A stretch of 64,000 bases of DNA from positions 4,903 through 68,902 of the forward strand of contig CAZPZR010000001.1 in assembly GCA_964591105.1 (NCBI GenBank), given 5' to 3'. Each line of letters opens with the position of its first letter. The stretch's first letter is position 1. The position numbers and the translations under genes were made by a program. This stretch comes from an uncultured Lachnospiraceae bacterium (GTDB lineage: Bacteria > Bacillota > Clostridia > Lachnospirales > Lachnospiraceae). Of the stretch, positions 8,996-18,767 are shown one piece after another. The notes below the pieces were generated by a model. That model saw nothing but the letters and a program-made list of their open reading frames with translations, was not told the DNA's origin and did not search any database.

Positions 8996-11265
8996 GACAG
9001 GCAATAAGAAAAAAAGATGCAATAGCGTTAGTGACTGGTAAACCGGTGTATCTGGATGATGTAGCACCACAGGATTGTCTCGTTGTAAAGGTACTTCGAA
9101 GCCCTCATGCCAATGCGATCATTGAGAACATTGACTGCACGAATGCTTTGAAAGTGCCAGGGATTGAAGTAATCTATACATGGAAAGATGTACCAAAGAA
9201 TCGATTTGCACAGGCAGGTCAGACTTACCCAGAGTGGAGTCCTTATGACCGTTTGATCCTGGATCAGCATGTTCGTTTTGTTGGAGATGCTGTAGCAATC
9301 ATTGCAGGGGAAGACGAAGCTTGTGTTGACCTTGCAATGAAGCGAATCAAAGTCACTTATCAGGTGCTTCCAGCGGTGTTGGATTATCATCAGGCAAAAG
9401 ACAATGAAATCTTGGTGCATCCGGAAGAGAACTGGGAATCTAGATTTCCAGTAGGAGCAGACAATAAGAGAAATCTCTGTGCACATATGGAAGATACTAA
9501 GGGAGAAGTAGAGCAGGTATTTGAAGACTGTGATCTTACGATTGAACGAACATTCCATACACCAGCGGCTAATCAGGCGATGATGGAGACATTCCGAACT
9601 GCCTGTCATATTGATACATATGGGCGACTGGTTGTATTGAGTTCAACACAGATTGTGTTCCACATTCGTCGAATTCTTTCTCATGCACTTGGAATCCCAA
9701 AATCTAAGATTCGTTCTATGAAACCACGTATTGGTGGTGGATTCGGTGCAAAGCAGACGGTTGTGGCAGAGATTTACCCAGCATTTGTTACATGGATGAC
9801 AAAGAAACCATCCAAATTATTATATTCTCGCGAAGAATGTCAGATTGCTGGTTCTCCACGCCATGAAATGGATGTTACAGTGAAGATTGGTGCGAATAAA
9901 GATGGAAAAATTCGTGCGATTGAAGTATATAACTTATCCAATACGGGAGCCTATGGCGATCACGGACCAACAACGGCTGGTCTGACTGGACATAAGTCCA
10001 TCCCATTGTACACAGCGAATTTGGAAGCTTATCGTCATACCTTTGACGTAGTATATACCAATATCTGTGCGGCAGGAGCATACCGCGGATATGGGGCAAC
10101 TCAGGGAATCTATGCGTTGGAAACAACGGTAAATGAACTGGCAGAAACCTTGAAGATGGATCCAGTAGAACTTCGTATGAAGAACATGGTGCGTGAAGGA
10201 ATGACAATGATTTCATACGATAATGAATTGGCAGCAGGATGTAAACTGGATGAATGTATGATGCGAACTGCAGAGATGATCGGATGGAAAGACAAGTTCC
10301 CTTGCAAGGATCTTGGAAATGGAAAAGTGCGTTCTGTCGGAATTGCGATGGCAATGCAGGGATCTTGTATTTCTCATGTAGACGTAGGTTCTGCAACAAT
10401 CATGCTGAACGAAGATGGAAGTTATAAGTTATCCATTGCAGCAGCAGATATGGGAACTGGATGCGACACCATTCTTGCACAGATGGCAGCAGATTGCCTG
10501 AATGTGACAACAGATGAAATCTTTGTCTCAGGCGCGGATACAGATTCTTCTCCTTATGATTCTGGATCTTACGCATCAAGTACAACCTATATTACCGGTC
10601 AGGCAGTTGTACGTGCATGCACAGAGTTAGAAAAGAGAATCCGCACAGTTGCAGCGAAAATGGTGGATTGCGAGCTGGATGATCTGGAATACGATGGACA
10701 GACAGCGAAAAATATTGTGACAGGAAAGTCTGTGACATTGGAAGAAATTGGATATCAGGCACAGTGCTTCAATGATGTGGCGTTGCAGGTGACTGAAAGT
10801 TATTCTTCTCCAGTGTCTCCACCGCCATATATGGCAGGTGCCGTAGAGATTGAATTGGATAAAGAAACTGGACATGTGGAAATCATCGATTACGCAGCAG
10901 TTGTAGACTGTGGAACGGTTGTGAATCCAAACCTTGCCAGAGTGCAGGTAGAAGGTGGTCTTGGACAGGGAATTGGAATGACCTTATTTGAAAACATCCA
11001 GTATTCTCCAAAGGGACAGCTATACAATAATTCTCTGATGCAGTATAAGATTCCAACAAGAATGGATTATGGAAAATTACGTGTAGAATTTAGATCCAGC
11101 TATGAACCAACAGGACCATTTGGAGTAAAATCCATCGGTGAGATTGTAATCAATACTCCAGCACCAGCGATTACCCATGCAATTTATAATGCGACAGGTC
11201 ACTGGTTTAGAGAACTTCCAATTACAAGTGAACAGATTGCGATGGCCATTGCGGGAGATAAATAA
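8983..11265 (+). CDS. Xanthine dehydrogenase family, molybdopterin-binding large subunit
   Basis: 760-aa ORF with aldehyde oxidase/xanthine dehydrogenase a/b-hammerhead and Mo-binding domains (GGGFGAK, AYRGYG, GEI...PA). Confidence 0.9.
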   Translation: MGEVGQAIRKKDAIALVTGKPVYLDDVAPQDCLVVKVLRSPHANAIIENIDCTNALKVPGIEVIYTWKDVPKNRFAQAGQTYPEWSPYDRLILDQHVRFVGDAVAIIAGEDEACVDLAMKRIKVTYQVLPAVLDYHQAKDNEILVHPEENWESRFPVGADNKRNLCAHMEDTKGEVEQVFEDCDLTIERTFHTPAANQAMMETFRTACHIDTYGRLVVLSSTQIVFHIRRILSHALGIPKSKIRSMKPRIGGGFGAKQTVVAEIYPAFVTWMTKKPSKLLYSREECQIAGSPRHEMDVTVKIGANKDGKIRAIEVYNLSNTGAYGDHGPTTAGLTGHKSIPLYTANLEAYRHTFDVVYTNICAAGAYRGYGATQGIYALETTVNELAETLKMDPVELRMKNMVREGMTMISYDNELAAGCKLDECMMRTAEMIGWKDKFPCKDLGNGKVRSVGIAMAMQGSCISHVDVGSATIMLNEDGSYKLSIAAADMGTGCDTILAQMAADCLNVTTDEIFVSGADTDSSPYDSGSYASSTTYITGQAVVRACTELEKRIRTVAAKMVDCELDDLEYDGQTAKNIVTGKSVTLEEIGYQAQCFNDVALQVTESYSSPVSPPPYMAGAVEIELDKETGHVEIIDYAAVVDCGTVVNPNLARVQVEGGLGQGIGMTLFENIQYSPKGQLYNNSLMQYKIPTRMDYGKLRVEFRSSYEPTGPFGVKSIGEIVINTPAPAITHAIYNATGHWFRELPITSEQIAMAIAGDK

Positions 11266-12012
11266 ATGATTTTAAACTGTAAAAATGGGAAATGGGAAGA
11301 ACAAAGCAGCTTATTCGAAGCTCTGGGCTTACATAAAGAGCAGCAGGAAGTTCTTTCGTTCACAGGCGGAGGCGGTAAGACGACGCTCATCCGCAGATTA
11401 CAAAAAGAGTTGAAGGCACGGGAAATTATGCACGGTGTTTCAACGACAACCCATATGCAGTATGAATGTGAAGAAAGCTTTCTGGGGGAATCATCGCTGG
11501 AAAGCTTTCTTAAGGTTTACAGACATACGAGGACTGTATGGATGGGGGAACCCATTTCCAAGGAGAAAATACAAGGATTTTCCAGAGAATTCTATCAGCA
11601 ACTGATAAAAATGGGCGCGTGGTTGCTTTTAGAAGCAGATGGTGCAAAGCATCTCCCAGTGAAGGCTCCAGAGGCAAAGGAGCCAGTAATTCTGCCGGAG
11701 AGCACAAGGGTGTGTAATGTCTATGGCCTGGATGGGGTAGGAAAACCTATTCGGGAAGGATGCTTTCGCGTAGAACGAGTGATGGAAATTCTTGGAAAAG
11801 AAGAACATGATTTGCTGGAAGAAACGGACATTGTCCGACTTGCAGCAAGTATATCTGGAGGAAGAAAACTAGTAGGAGAACGTCCCTATCATGTGATATT
11901 AAATAAAGCAGATACGGTCGGGCAGCGGGAAATGGCAGAACGCATCGGAATGCGTATCCTCGCCCTTGGTATCGGCGAAGTACATATCACAGCGGGACTG
12001 TGTGAAGAATAA
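11266..12012 (+). CDS. yqeC: Selenium-dependent hydroxylase accessory protein YqeC
   Basis: 248-aa ORF with P-loop FTGGGGKTT. Its position directly after the Mo subunit (TAAATG overlap) and before yqeB fits the family. Confidence 0.7.
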   Translation: MILNCKNGKWEEQSSLFEALGLHKEQQEVLSFTGGGGKTTLIRRLQKELKAREIMHGVSTTTHMQYECEESFLGESSLESFLKVYRHTRTVWMGEPISKEKIQGFSREFYQQLIKMGAWLLLEADGAKHLPVKAPEAKEPVILPESTRVCNVYGLDGVGKPIREGCFRVERVMEILGKEEHDLLEETDIVRLAASISGGRKLVGERPYHVILNKADTVGQREMAERIGMRILALGIGEVHITAGLCEE

Positions 12013-12023
12013 GGAAGTAGGAA

Positions 12024-13388
12024 ATGGCACTTAGGATATTGATCAAAGGCGCAGGTGACCTGGCCACAGGGGTGGCAGCAGAACTCAAAGAGCAGGGACA
12101 TCAGATTGTAATGACAGAGATTGCAATCCCTTTGACTGTGCGTAGACAAGTGGCTTGTTCACGGGCAGTATACGAAACAGAAGTAAAGATTGAACAACAT
12201 ACAGCTGTGCTGGCACAGGATGCGGGGGAAGCGGAACAAATCCTACGAGAAGGGAAGATTGCGGTTCTTATTGATCCAAAGGCAGAAATTGCAAGAAAGC
12301 TGCAGCCAGATGTGATTGTAGACGCAATCATGGCAAAGGAAAATCTTGGAACATCTATGGAAGATGCTCCGTGTGTGGTCGCACTGGGACCTGGATTTAC
12401 AGCAGGAAAGGACTGCCATGCGGTTATCGAAACAAAACGAGGAGATACCCTTGGCGTACCGATTTATAAAGGTTCTGCGATTCCTAATACGGGAATCCCG
12501 GGGATGGTAGGCGGTTATGCCATGGAACGATTGATCCGCGCAGGCGAAGCGGGAAAAATGCAGCCGGTGGCAGCCATTGGAGATATAGTGAAAAAGGGAG
12601 ATCTTCTTGCAATTACAGGAGAAACGAAGGTGTATGCAGCCATTGATGGTGTGGTGCGCGGAATGCTCCAAGAGGGAGTTGACGTAAAAAAAGGAATGAA
12701 AATAGGTGATGTAGACCCTAGAATGGATGTAGAATTAGCATATCTGATCTCGGATAAAGCCAGAAAAATCGGACAGGGTGTGAAAGAAGCAATAAAGCGG
12801 CTGCGTTACCGGGAGTATGGAATCGTATGTCTGGCAGCAGGGCGTTCTCAGCGTTATGGAACTTCCGAAGAAAATAAGTTACTGGAATGTAAAGAGGGAA
12901 AACCAATGTATCAGTATCTTCTGGAGCAGATGCAGCAGTTTCCTATGTGTGATGTTGCAGTAGTCAGCCGGGTTCCGGAAATTTTGGATTATGCCAGAGA
13001 GCATCAGATGAAGGCTGTTGAAAATTATGAGCCGGAGAAGGGGATTTCCTGGTCTTTACGTAAGGGATTAGCAGCGTGTCAATCGGAGAAAGAAAGGCTT
13101 CGCGGTGTGCTTTTTGCAGTTTGCGATCAGCCGAATCTGAGTGCAGAGACGATTGAGCGGATGCTGGAACTTGCTTGTGAACACCCAGGGAAGATTATTT
13201 GCGCTGCAAACGAAGGTAAGAGGGGAAATCCAGTGTTGATGGATCAGTGCTATTTTGAAGAATTGGAGCAGCTGACAGGAGATGTTGGTGGCAAACAAGT
13301 GATTCAGAAACATTCAGAACAAGTGATTTTATGCGAGACAGGAGCGAAAGAGCTTTTGGATGTGGATGAAAAGGGAATAGAATGGTAA
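12024..13388 (+). CDS. yqeB: YqeB-family selenium-dependent Mo-hydroxylase maturation protein fused to a MobA/MocA-like nucleotidyltransferase domain
   Basis: The N-terminal ~260 aa are YqeB (EF2563)-like. The C-terminal ~190 aa (VCLAAGRSQRYG...AVCDQP...GNPVL) resemble a MocA/MobA NTP transferase. Confidence 0.65.
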   Translation: MALRILIKGAGDLATGVAAELKEQGHQIVMTEIAIPLTVRRQVACSRAVYETEVKIEQHTAVLAQDAGEAEQILREGKIAVLIDPKAEIARKLQPDVIVDAIMAKENLGTSMEDAPCVVALGPGFTAGKDCHAVIETKRGDTLGVPIYKGSAIPNTGIPGMVGGYAMERLIRAGEAGKMQPVAAIGDIVKKGDLLAITGETKVYAAIDGVVRGMLQEGVDVKKGMKIGDVDPRMDVELAYLISDKARKIGQGVKEAIKRLRYREYGIVCLAAGRSQRYGTSEENKLLECKEGKPMYQYLLEQMQQFPMCDVAVVSRVPEILDYAREHQMKAVENYEPEKGISWSLRKGLAACQSEKERLRGVLFAVCDQPNLSAETIERMLELACEHPGKIICAANEGKRGNPVLMDQCYFEELEQLTGDVGGKQVIQKHSEQVILCETGAKELLDVDEKGIEW

Positions 13389-13402
13389 AAGAAGGAACAT
13401 TT

Positions 13403-14431
13403 ATGAAAGAATTACTGAATGCGTGGAAGCAATGCAAACGCGGGACACACAAGCAAATTTTTACAATTCTTACAGGAGAGAAGACGGGGAAAAAGGTCTT
13501 ACTTGAAGATGGAGAAATTCGGTGGCAGTCGGAACCGGAAGAATTTTGGAGTGCTCATGTGAAGGAACTGACGGAGCAGACAACAGAAGGAAGTCAGGAA
13601 ATAGCAGGAGAACGAATTTTTGTAGAAACGCTTCGCAGAAATCCAAGGATGGTTATCTGTGGTGGTGGCCATGTAGGAGTTGCAATTGCCCGTCTGGCAA
13701 TGATTCAAGGGATGCATGTGACACTTTTGGAAGATCGACCATCCTTTGCAGACTGCGGAAGGGCAGCAGGTGTCCATGAAGTAATCTGTGAGCCATACGA
13801 ACAAGGGCTGTCACGGATTGAATCTGATGAAGATACCTATTTTGTAATTGTAACAAGAGGACATCGCTATGATCAGGTTTGTTTAGAAAAAGCCAGCCAT
13901 ATGCCACATGCATATTTGGGAATGATGGGAAGCCGCAGACGTGTTGTAATTGTGAAGCAAGAAGCAATCGCGCATGGGGCGTGCCCAGAGGCGATTGAGC
14001 GATTGCACGCACCAATTGGCCTTCACATTCAGGCAGAGACACCAGAAGAAATTGCAGTGTCTGTGATGGCAGAAGTGATTCTTGAGAAAGCAGGCCGAAA
14101 GTCTGGCTCAGGATTTTCGGGAGAAATTTTGTCCGCAATTGAGGAAGATGACTTAGAGCATGGAAAGAAAGTGCTTGCCACAATTATTTCACGCAAAGGC
14201 TCAGCACCAAGAGGTGTTGGTACGAAGATGATCATCTGTCAAAGTGGGAAAATCGTAGGAACCATTGGCGGTGGCTGTATGGAAGCAGAAGTGGTTCAGC
14301 GGGCAAAGACCATGATATATCAGAACGAAGTATTTGCGAAACTTCTTACGGTAAGCCTGTCGAATGATGAAGCGGAAGAAGAAGGAATGGTGTGCGGAGG
14401 CACCTTGGAAATATTTTTGGAAAAGGTGTAA
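13403..14431 (+). CDS. xdhC: XdhC/CoxI family Mo-enzyme maturation protein
   Basis: XdhC N-terminal domain plus a Rossmann-like domain (MVICGGGHVGVAIARLA), with the C-terminal IGGGCMEAEV motif. The start was moved to ATG 13403, which follows gaagga. Confidence 0.8.
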   Translation: MKELLNAWKQCKRGTHKQIFTILTGEKTGKKVLLEDGEIRWQSEPEEFWSAHVKELTEQTTEGSQEIAGERIFVETLRRNPRMVICGGGHVGVAIARLAMIQGMHVTLLEDRPSFADCGRAAGVHEVICEPYEQGLSRIESDEDTYFVIVTRGHRYDQVCLEKASHMPHAYLGMMGSRRRVVIVKQEAIAHGACPEAIERLHAPIGLHIQAETPEEIAVSVMAEVILEKAGRKSGSGFSGEILSAIEEDDLEHGKKVLATIISRKGSAPRGVGTKMIICQSGKIVGTIGGGCMEAEVVQRAKTMIYQNEVFAKLLTVSLSNDEAEEEGMVCGGTLEIFLEKV

Positions 14432-14466
14432 ACGAAAAGCACAAGTCAAACAGGGGGAGGAAACTT

Positions 14467-15417
14467 ATGGAAATGAATCGAGAAGGAAGAGTACTTGCCG
14501 TCTGCATCAGTGAACAGAAAGGAACACTCAAACAGGAGATTCCATCTGCAACACTTGTAGAAGACTGGGGAATAGAAGGAGATGCCCATGCAGGAAAATG
14601 GCATCGGCAGGTAAGTATGCTTTCTTTTGAAAAAATAGAAGAATTCCGCGCGAAAGGTGCTGAGGTGGAGTTCGGAGCATTTGGAGAAAATCTCGTAGTG
14701 GAAGGATTCGATCTTCGCAGTCTTCCGGTAGGGACAAGATTCGCGATTGGAGAAGCAGTGCTGGAACTGACACAGATTGGAAAAGAATGTCATAGCCACT
14801 GTGCGATTTATCAGGCAGTTGGTGATTGCATTATGCCGAGGGAAGGAGTATTTACCAAAGTGCTGAAGGGCGGAATTGTGCGTCCAGGAGATGCAATTCG
14901 AAAACTTCCATTAGATGTGAATCGACCATTGACTGCGGCAGCGATTACGCTGAGTGATAAGGGATTTGCAGGAGAACGAGAAGATTTGAGCGGACCGCTT
15001 ATACGCACCATGTTGGAAGAGCGCGGCTATGAGGTAGTAGAGACGTTGCTCCTTCCAGATGGACGTGGAAAGTTGGAACACCATTTGAAACGACTTGCGG
15101 ATCAGCGCCAGGTAAATGTGATTTTTACAACGGGAGGAACAGGATTTTCCGAACGTGACGTGACACCAGAGGCTACCATCGCGGTGTGTGACCGTATGGC
15201 TATGGGAGTTGCAGATGCGATTCGTGTATATTCGCTGTCCATAACTGATCGAGCAATGTTAAGTCGCGCAGTATCAGGAATTCGCAAGAAAACCTTGATT
15301 GTAAATCTTCCGGGAAGTCCGAAAGCAGTGCGAGAAAGTCTGGAATATATTCTTCCGGCGCTTGGCCATGGACTTGGAATTTTAAGAGGAACAGAAGGAG
15401 AGTGTGGAAACGTATGA
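14467..15417 (+). CDS. MOSC domain fused to MogA/MoaB-type molybdopterin-binding domain
   Basis: The N-terminal ~150 aa are a MOSC domain (GIEGDAHAG...GENLVVEG...ELTQIGKECH). The C-terminal domain has TTGGTGFSERDVTPEA and LPGSPKA. The start ATG 14467 follows ggggagg. Confidence 0.75.
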   Translation: MEMNREGRVLAVCISEQKGTLKQEIPSATLVEDWGIEGDAHAGKWHRQVSMLSFEKIEEFRAKGAEVEFGAFGENLVVEGFDLRSLPVGTRFAIGEAVLELTQIGKECHSHCAIYQAVGDCIMPREGVFTKVLKGGIVRPGDAIRKLPLDVNRPLTAAAITLSDKGFAGEREDLSGPLIRTMLEERGYEVVETLLLPDGRGKLEHHLKRLADQRQVNVIFTTGGTGFSERDVTPEATIAVCDRMAMGVADAIRVYSLSITDRAMLSRAVSGIRKKTLIVNLPGSPKAVRESLEYILPALGHGLGILRGTEGECGNV

Positions 15418-16259
15418 AAAAGCGATGGATTGCTAGTTTGATGTGTTTGATGATGATAATTTCTTTAGTGGGCTGTGTAGGAAAAAAGGAAGAAACTTCG
15501 GAAGAGGTAGAGCTTCAGGTATTTATTGCGGCAAGTTTGAACAAGGTAATGACAGAACTTGCGGATATGTATCATGAGGAGCATCCAGAGGTAAAGATTA
15601 TTTACAACGCGGACAGCTCCGGAACGTTGATGACACAGATTGAAGAAGGTTATGCGTGCGACTTATTTTTCAGTGCTGCACAGAAACAGATGGATATACT
15701 GGAAGCAGACGGGCTTCTTGTAGAAGGTACACGTGCAAATGTGGTAAATAATCAGGTGGTAGTTGTGACAGCCGCAGAAAGCGGTACAAAGGTCAAAGGG
15801 CTGGAGACACTCAAAGACGCGGAAAATATCGCGCTGGCAGGCGGAAGCGTTCCTGTTGGAAAATATACAAGACAGGCACTGGTAAATCTTGGAATCTTAC
15901 AGGAAACCGAAGATGTGTCAACGATTACGACGGAAGAAGTATCCGAAGCATTGGATGGTGTGGAAATCAGTGAGCAGGATAATGTCAGCAAAGTACTTTT
16001 GGCAGTGGCAGAAGGGGCTTGTGAGGTTGGAACAACTTATTATTCAGATACTTATGGATATGAAGAAGATGTGGAGATTCTGGAAACAGTCAGTTATGAT
16101 TTGACAGGGGATGTGATTTATCCAATTGCCAGAGTGAACAATGAGGAAGCAAGTGAGAAGCAGGAAACAGCAGCAGATGAATTTCTGCAGTTTGTATTGT
16201 CAGAGAAAGCAAAGGCAGTTTTCGAATCTTATTATTTTGATACAGAGGTAGAGCCTTAG
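15414..16259 (+). CDS. modA: Molybdate ABC transporter substrate-binding lipoprotein
   Basis: Signal peptide with lipobox LVGC. ModA motifs AASL, SSGTLMTQIEEG, DLFFSA. ATGA overlap with the upstream stop. Confidence 0.85.
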   Translation: MKKRWIASLMCLMMIISLVGCVGKKEETSEEVELQVFIAASLNKVMTELADMYHEEHPEVKIIYNADSSGTLMTQIEEGYACDLFFSAAQKQMDILEADGLLVEGTRANVVNNQVVVVTAAESGTKVKGLETLKDAENIALAGGSVPVGKYTRQALVNLGILQETEDVSTITTEEVSEALDGVEISEQDNVSKVLLAVAEGACEVGTTYYSDTYGYEEDVEILETVSYDLTGDVIYPIARVNNEEASEKQETAADEFLQFVLSEKAKAVFESYYFDTEVEP

Positions 16260-16281
16260 AAATAAAGTGAGGGAGCATGAC

Positions 16282-16986
16282 ATGGGAGAACTCTTAGAAA
16301 TTATAAAAACACTGGATTTTAGTCCATTATATATTTCTTTGAAAACGGGGATTGTGGCGACGCTACTGTCCTTTTTTCTCGGCATCTATGCAGCAAGGAA
16401 GGTTGTGAAGGCTCCGCCAAAATGGAAAGCCATTTTGGATGGAATCCTGACACTTCCAATGGTGCTTCCACCAACTGTAGCAGGATTTTTCCTGCTTTTG
16501 TTATTTAGCAAGAGAAGACCGCTTGGCATCCTGTTATATGAAACATTTGACCTGAAAGTGGTACAGACATGGCTAGGGTGCGTGATTGCGGCTACAGTGA
16601 TTGCATTTCCATTAATGTATCGAAATGCACGTGCAGCATTTGAACAGTTAGATGTGAACCTAATCTATGCGGCAAGGACGCTTGGAATGTCCGAAACAAG
16701 AATTTTCTGGAAAATTGTCCTTCCAACGGCGGGACCGGGGATTGTGTCCGGAACAATCCTGACGTTTGCAAGAGCACTTGGTGAGTACGGGGCAACTTCA
16801 ATGGTGGCAGGAAATATTCCCGGAAAGACGGGGACGATTTCTCAAAAGATTGCAATGGTTATTCAGGACGGAGACTATGGAACGGCAAGTATCTGGGTTG
16901 CAATTGTGATTGTGATTGCTTTTGGAATCATAGTTCTTATGAATCTGGTGACAGGCAAGAAAATGAAACAGACGAAACGGTGGTAG
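16282..16986 (+). CDS. modB: Molybdate ABC transporter permease
   Basis: Five or six TM segments and the EAA-like loop (ARTLGMSETRIFWKIVLP). Start ATG 16282 follows gtgagggag. Confidence 0.85.
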   Translation: MGELLEIIKTLDFSPLYISLKTGIVATLLSFFLGIYAARKVVKAPPKWKAILDGILTLPMVLPPTVAGFFLLLLFSKRRPLGILLYETFDLKVVQTWLGCVIAATVIAFPLMYRNARAAFEQLDVNLIYAARTLGMSETRIFWKIVLPTAGPGIVSGTILTFARALGEYGATSMVAGNIPGKTGTISQKIAMVIQDGDYGTASIWVAIVIVIAFGIIVLMNLVTGKKMKQTKRW

Positions 16987-16989
16987 AAG

Positions 16990-18069
16990 ATGGCGATAAA
17001 AGTAGAACTTCGGAAGAGGCTAGAAGGATTTGACCTTCAAATAGAATTTGCAACTTCATCGAAACGGATAGGAATTCTGGGAGCATCTGGCAGTGGAAAA
17101 AGCATGACTTTGAAAATGCTTGCAGGAATTGAAGAGCCAGATGCTGGGCGAATGGAATTGGATGGGCGTGTATTGTACGACAAGCAGCAGAAGATTAATC
17201 AAAAGCCTCAGCAAAGAAATATAGGATATTTGTTCCAGAATTATGCACTGTTTCCAACGATGACGGTAGAAGAAAATCTTCGCGTTGGGGTAGAAGGCTG
17301 GGCGAAGAAGCATGGAAAAGCATCAAAAGCGGAGCGAGAGGTTCGCGTACAGACAATGATAAGCAGATTTCAGCTGGATGGACTAGCGAAGAAATTCCCG
17401 GCGGAACTTTCCGGTGGGCAGCAACAGCGAGTGGCGTTGGCGAGAATCTTCGCATATGAGCCGGAAGTGATTCTGTTAGATGAACCATTTTCTGCAATGG
17501 ATTCCTTCCTGAAAAACAGGTTGCAGCAAGAATTACAGGAAATGTTGAAAAACTTTTCTGGAACAATTATCTGGGTGTCCCATGACCGGGATGAAATCTA
17601 TCAGTTTAGCGAGGAACTTTTGATCTTGAAAGACGGACGGAAGATTCAGTATGGAAAAACCAGAGATATTTTCAAACAGCCGGGGAATCTGGAAGCCGCA
17701 AAGCTGACTGGATGCAAGAATTATTCTCGTGCGAGAAAGGTGTCTGAATACGAAATCGAACTATTAGACTGGGAGACTACTGTGAAAGTAACAAAACCAG
17801 TGGATGATGGAGTACAATATGTGGGATATCGTGCACACGATTTTGTTCCCGTGTGGAAAAATCCTGGCGAGAATGTCATAAAAGTGGAGAAAAAAAGTGT
17901 GGTCGAATTACCATTTGAAACACAGTATTATCTAAGTGTTGCAGGGGCAAAAGAACCTGTCTGCTGGTATGTGCAGACGAAAGAGCAGAGAGAAATCGAA
18001 GAAAATGGATTTCCGGAATACTTGCAGTTGGAAGAAGAGAAGATGTTAATATTTAGGGGAGACAGATGA
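16990..18069 (+). CDS. modC: ABC transporter ATP-binding protein, ModC-like with C-terminal extension
   Basis: Walker A GASGSGKS, signature LSGGQQQR, Walker B ILLDEP, plus a ~120-aa C-terminal domain. Confidence 0.75.
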   Translation: MAIKVELRKRLEGFDLQIEFATSSKRIGILGASGSGKSMTLKMLAGIEEPDAGRMELDGRVLYDKQQKINQKPQQRNIGYLFQNYALFPTMTVEENLRVGVEGWAKKHGKASKAEREVRVQTMISRFQLDGLAKKFPAELSGGQQQRVALARIFAYEPEVILLDEPFSAMDSFLKNRLQQELQEMLKNFSGTIIWVSHDRDEIYQFSEELLILKDGRKIQYGKTRDIFKQPGNLEAAKLTGCKNYSRARKVSEYEIELLDWETTVKVTKPVDDGVQYVGYRAHDFVPVWKNPGENVIKVEKKSVVELPFETQYYLSVAGAKEPVCWYVQTKEQREIEENGFPEYLQLEEEKMLIFRGDR

Positions 18070-18110
18070 CTCGTATAAAGTCATTTGTCTCCCCTGTGTT
18101 ATTATTTTCG
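18056..18110. terminator. Bidirectional terminator between modC and the GntR regulator gene
   Basis: 15-bp stem ggggagacagatgac (18056-18070) pairs with gtcatttgtctcccc (18080-18094) with one G-U pair, followed by a T-rich tail. Confidence 0.65.
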
Positions 18111-18122
18111 CTTTATATGCAG

Positions 18123-18767
18123 TTACAAATCCTCTAAGTTAATTTCGCGCGGTGTATCCATATGTTTGAGCGTAATCTCATAAATATGGTCAACATCACC
18201 TTGCTTCATAGCTTCTAAGATTGCAAGATGCTCATCGTAAGTATCCTGCATACGTCCTTCATGCGCCAAAGATAAGCTTGCTAATTTGCGCATGCGATAC
18301 AGGAAGGTTGCGAATACAGAGATAAATTGTTCATTCTCCAGGTATTCAATGATCTTCGTATGAAACTGGAAATCGTAATCGCAGAAATCTGGAATGGATT
18401 CTGTGGTGTTAAGAATTTCACAAAGTTCTTCCATAATCCAGTCCAGTTCTCGAAAGAGCTTTTTAGCCTTGCGCGTGCCAGAATCTTTGGCAATCTGGTA
18501 GGTGCAGTAGCACTCCAGTGCAGAGCGAATCTGAAAAGTTTCAGAGACATCTTGCTTAGTTAGCTGGTGAATGCAAAAGCCTTTGCTCGGAATAATATCA
18601 ATGTATCCTTCTTGTGCAAGTCGGTGAACAGCATCTCGAAGTGGTGTTCTGGAAATGCCAAGTTCCTTGGAAAGTTTTGTCTCAGAATAGATTTCCTGAT
18701 AGGAAAGACCATTCGTAATAATTAGATTCTTCAAGTGATGATAAGCTTGTTCGTTGAGTGGTGTCAT
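18123..18767 (-). CDS. GntR family (FadR/FCD subfamily) transcriptional regulator
   Basis: N-terminal winged HTH (SETKLSKELGISRTPLRDAVHRLAQEGYI) plus a helical FCD-type C-terminal domain. Confidence 0.85.
   Translation of the reverse strand: MTPLNEQAYHHLKNLIITNGLSYQEIYSETKLSKELGISRTPLRDAVHRLAQEGYIDIIPSKGFCIHQLTKQDVSETFQIRSALECYCTYQIAKDSGTRKAKKLFRELDWIMEELCEILNTTESIPDFCDYDFQFHTKIIEYLENEQFISVFATFLYRMRKLASLSLAHEGRMQDTYDEHLAILEAMKQGDVDHIYEITLKHMDTPREINLEDL

Noticed and set aside
7749-11265. Selenocysteine (in-frame UGA) in the hydroxylase subunits.
   Set aside because: All three ORFs are continuous with normal lengths. The yqeB/yqeC context points to a labile selenium cofactor rather than selenocysteine (Sec).
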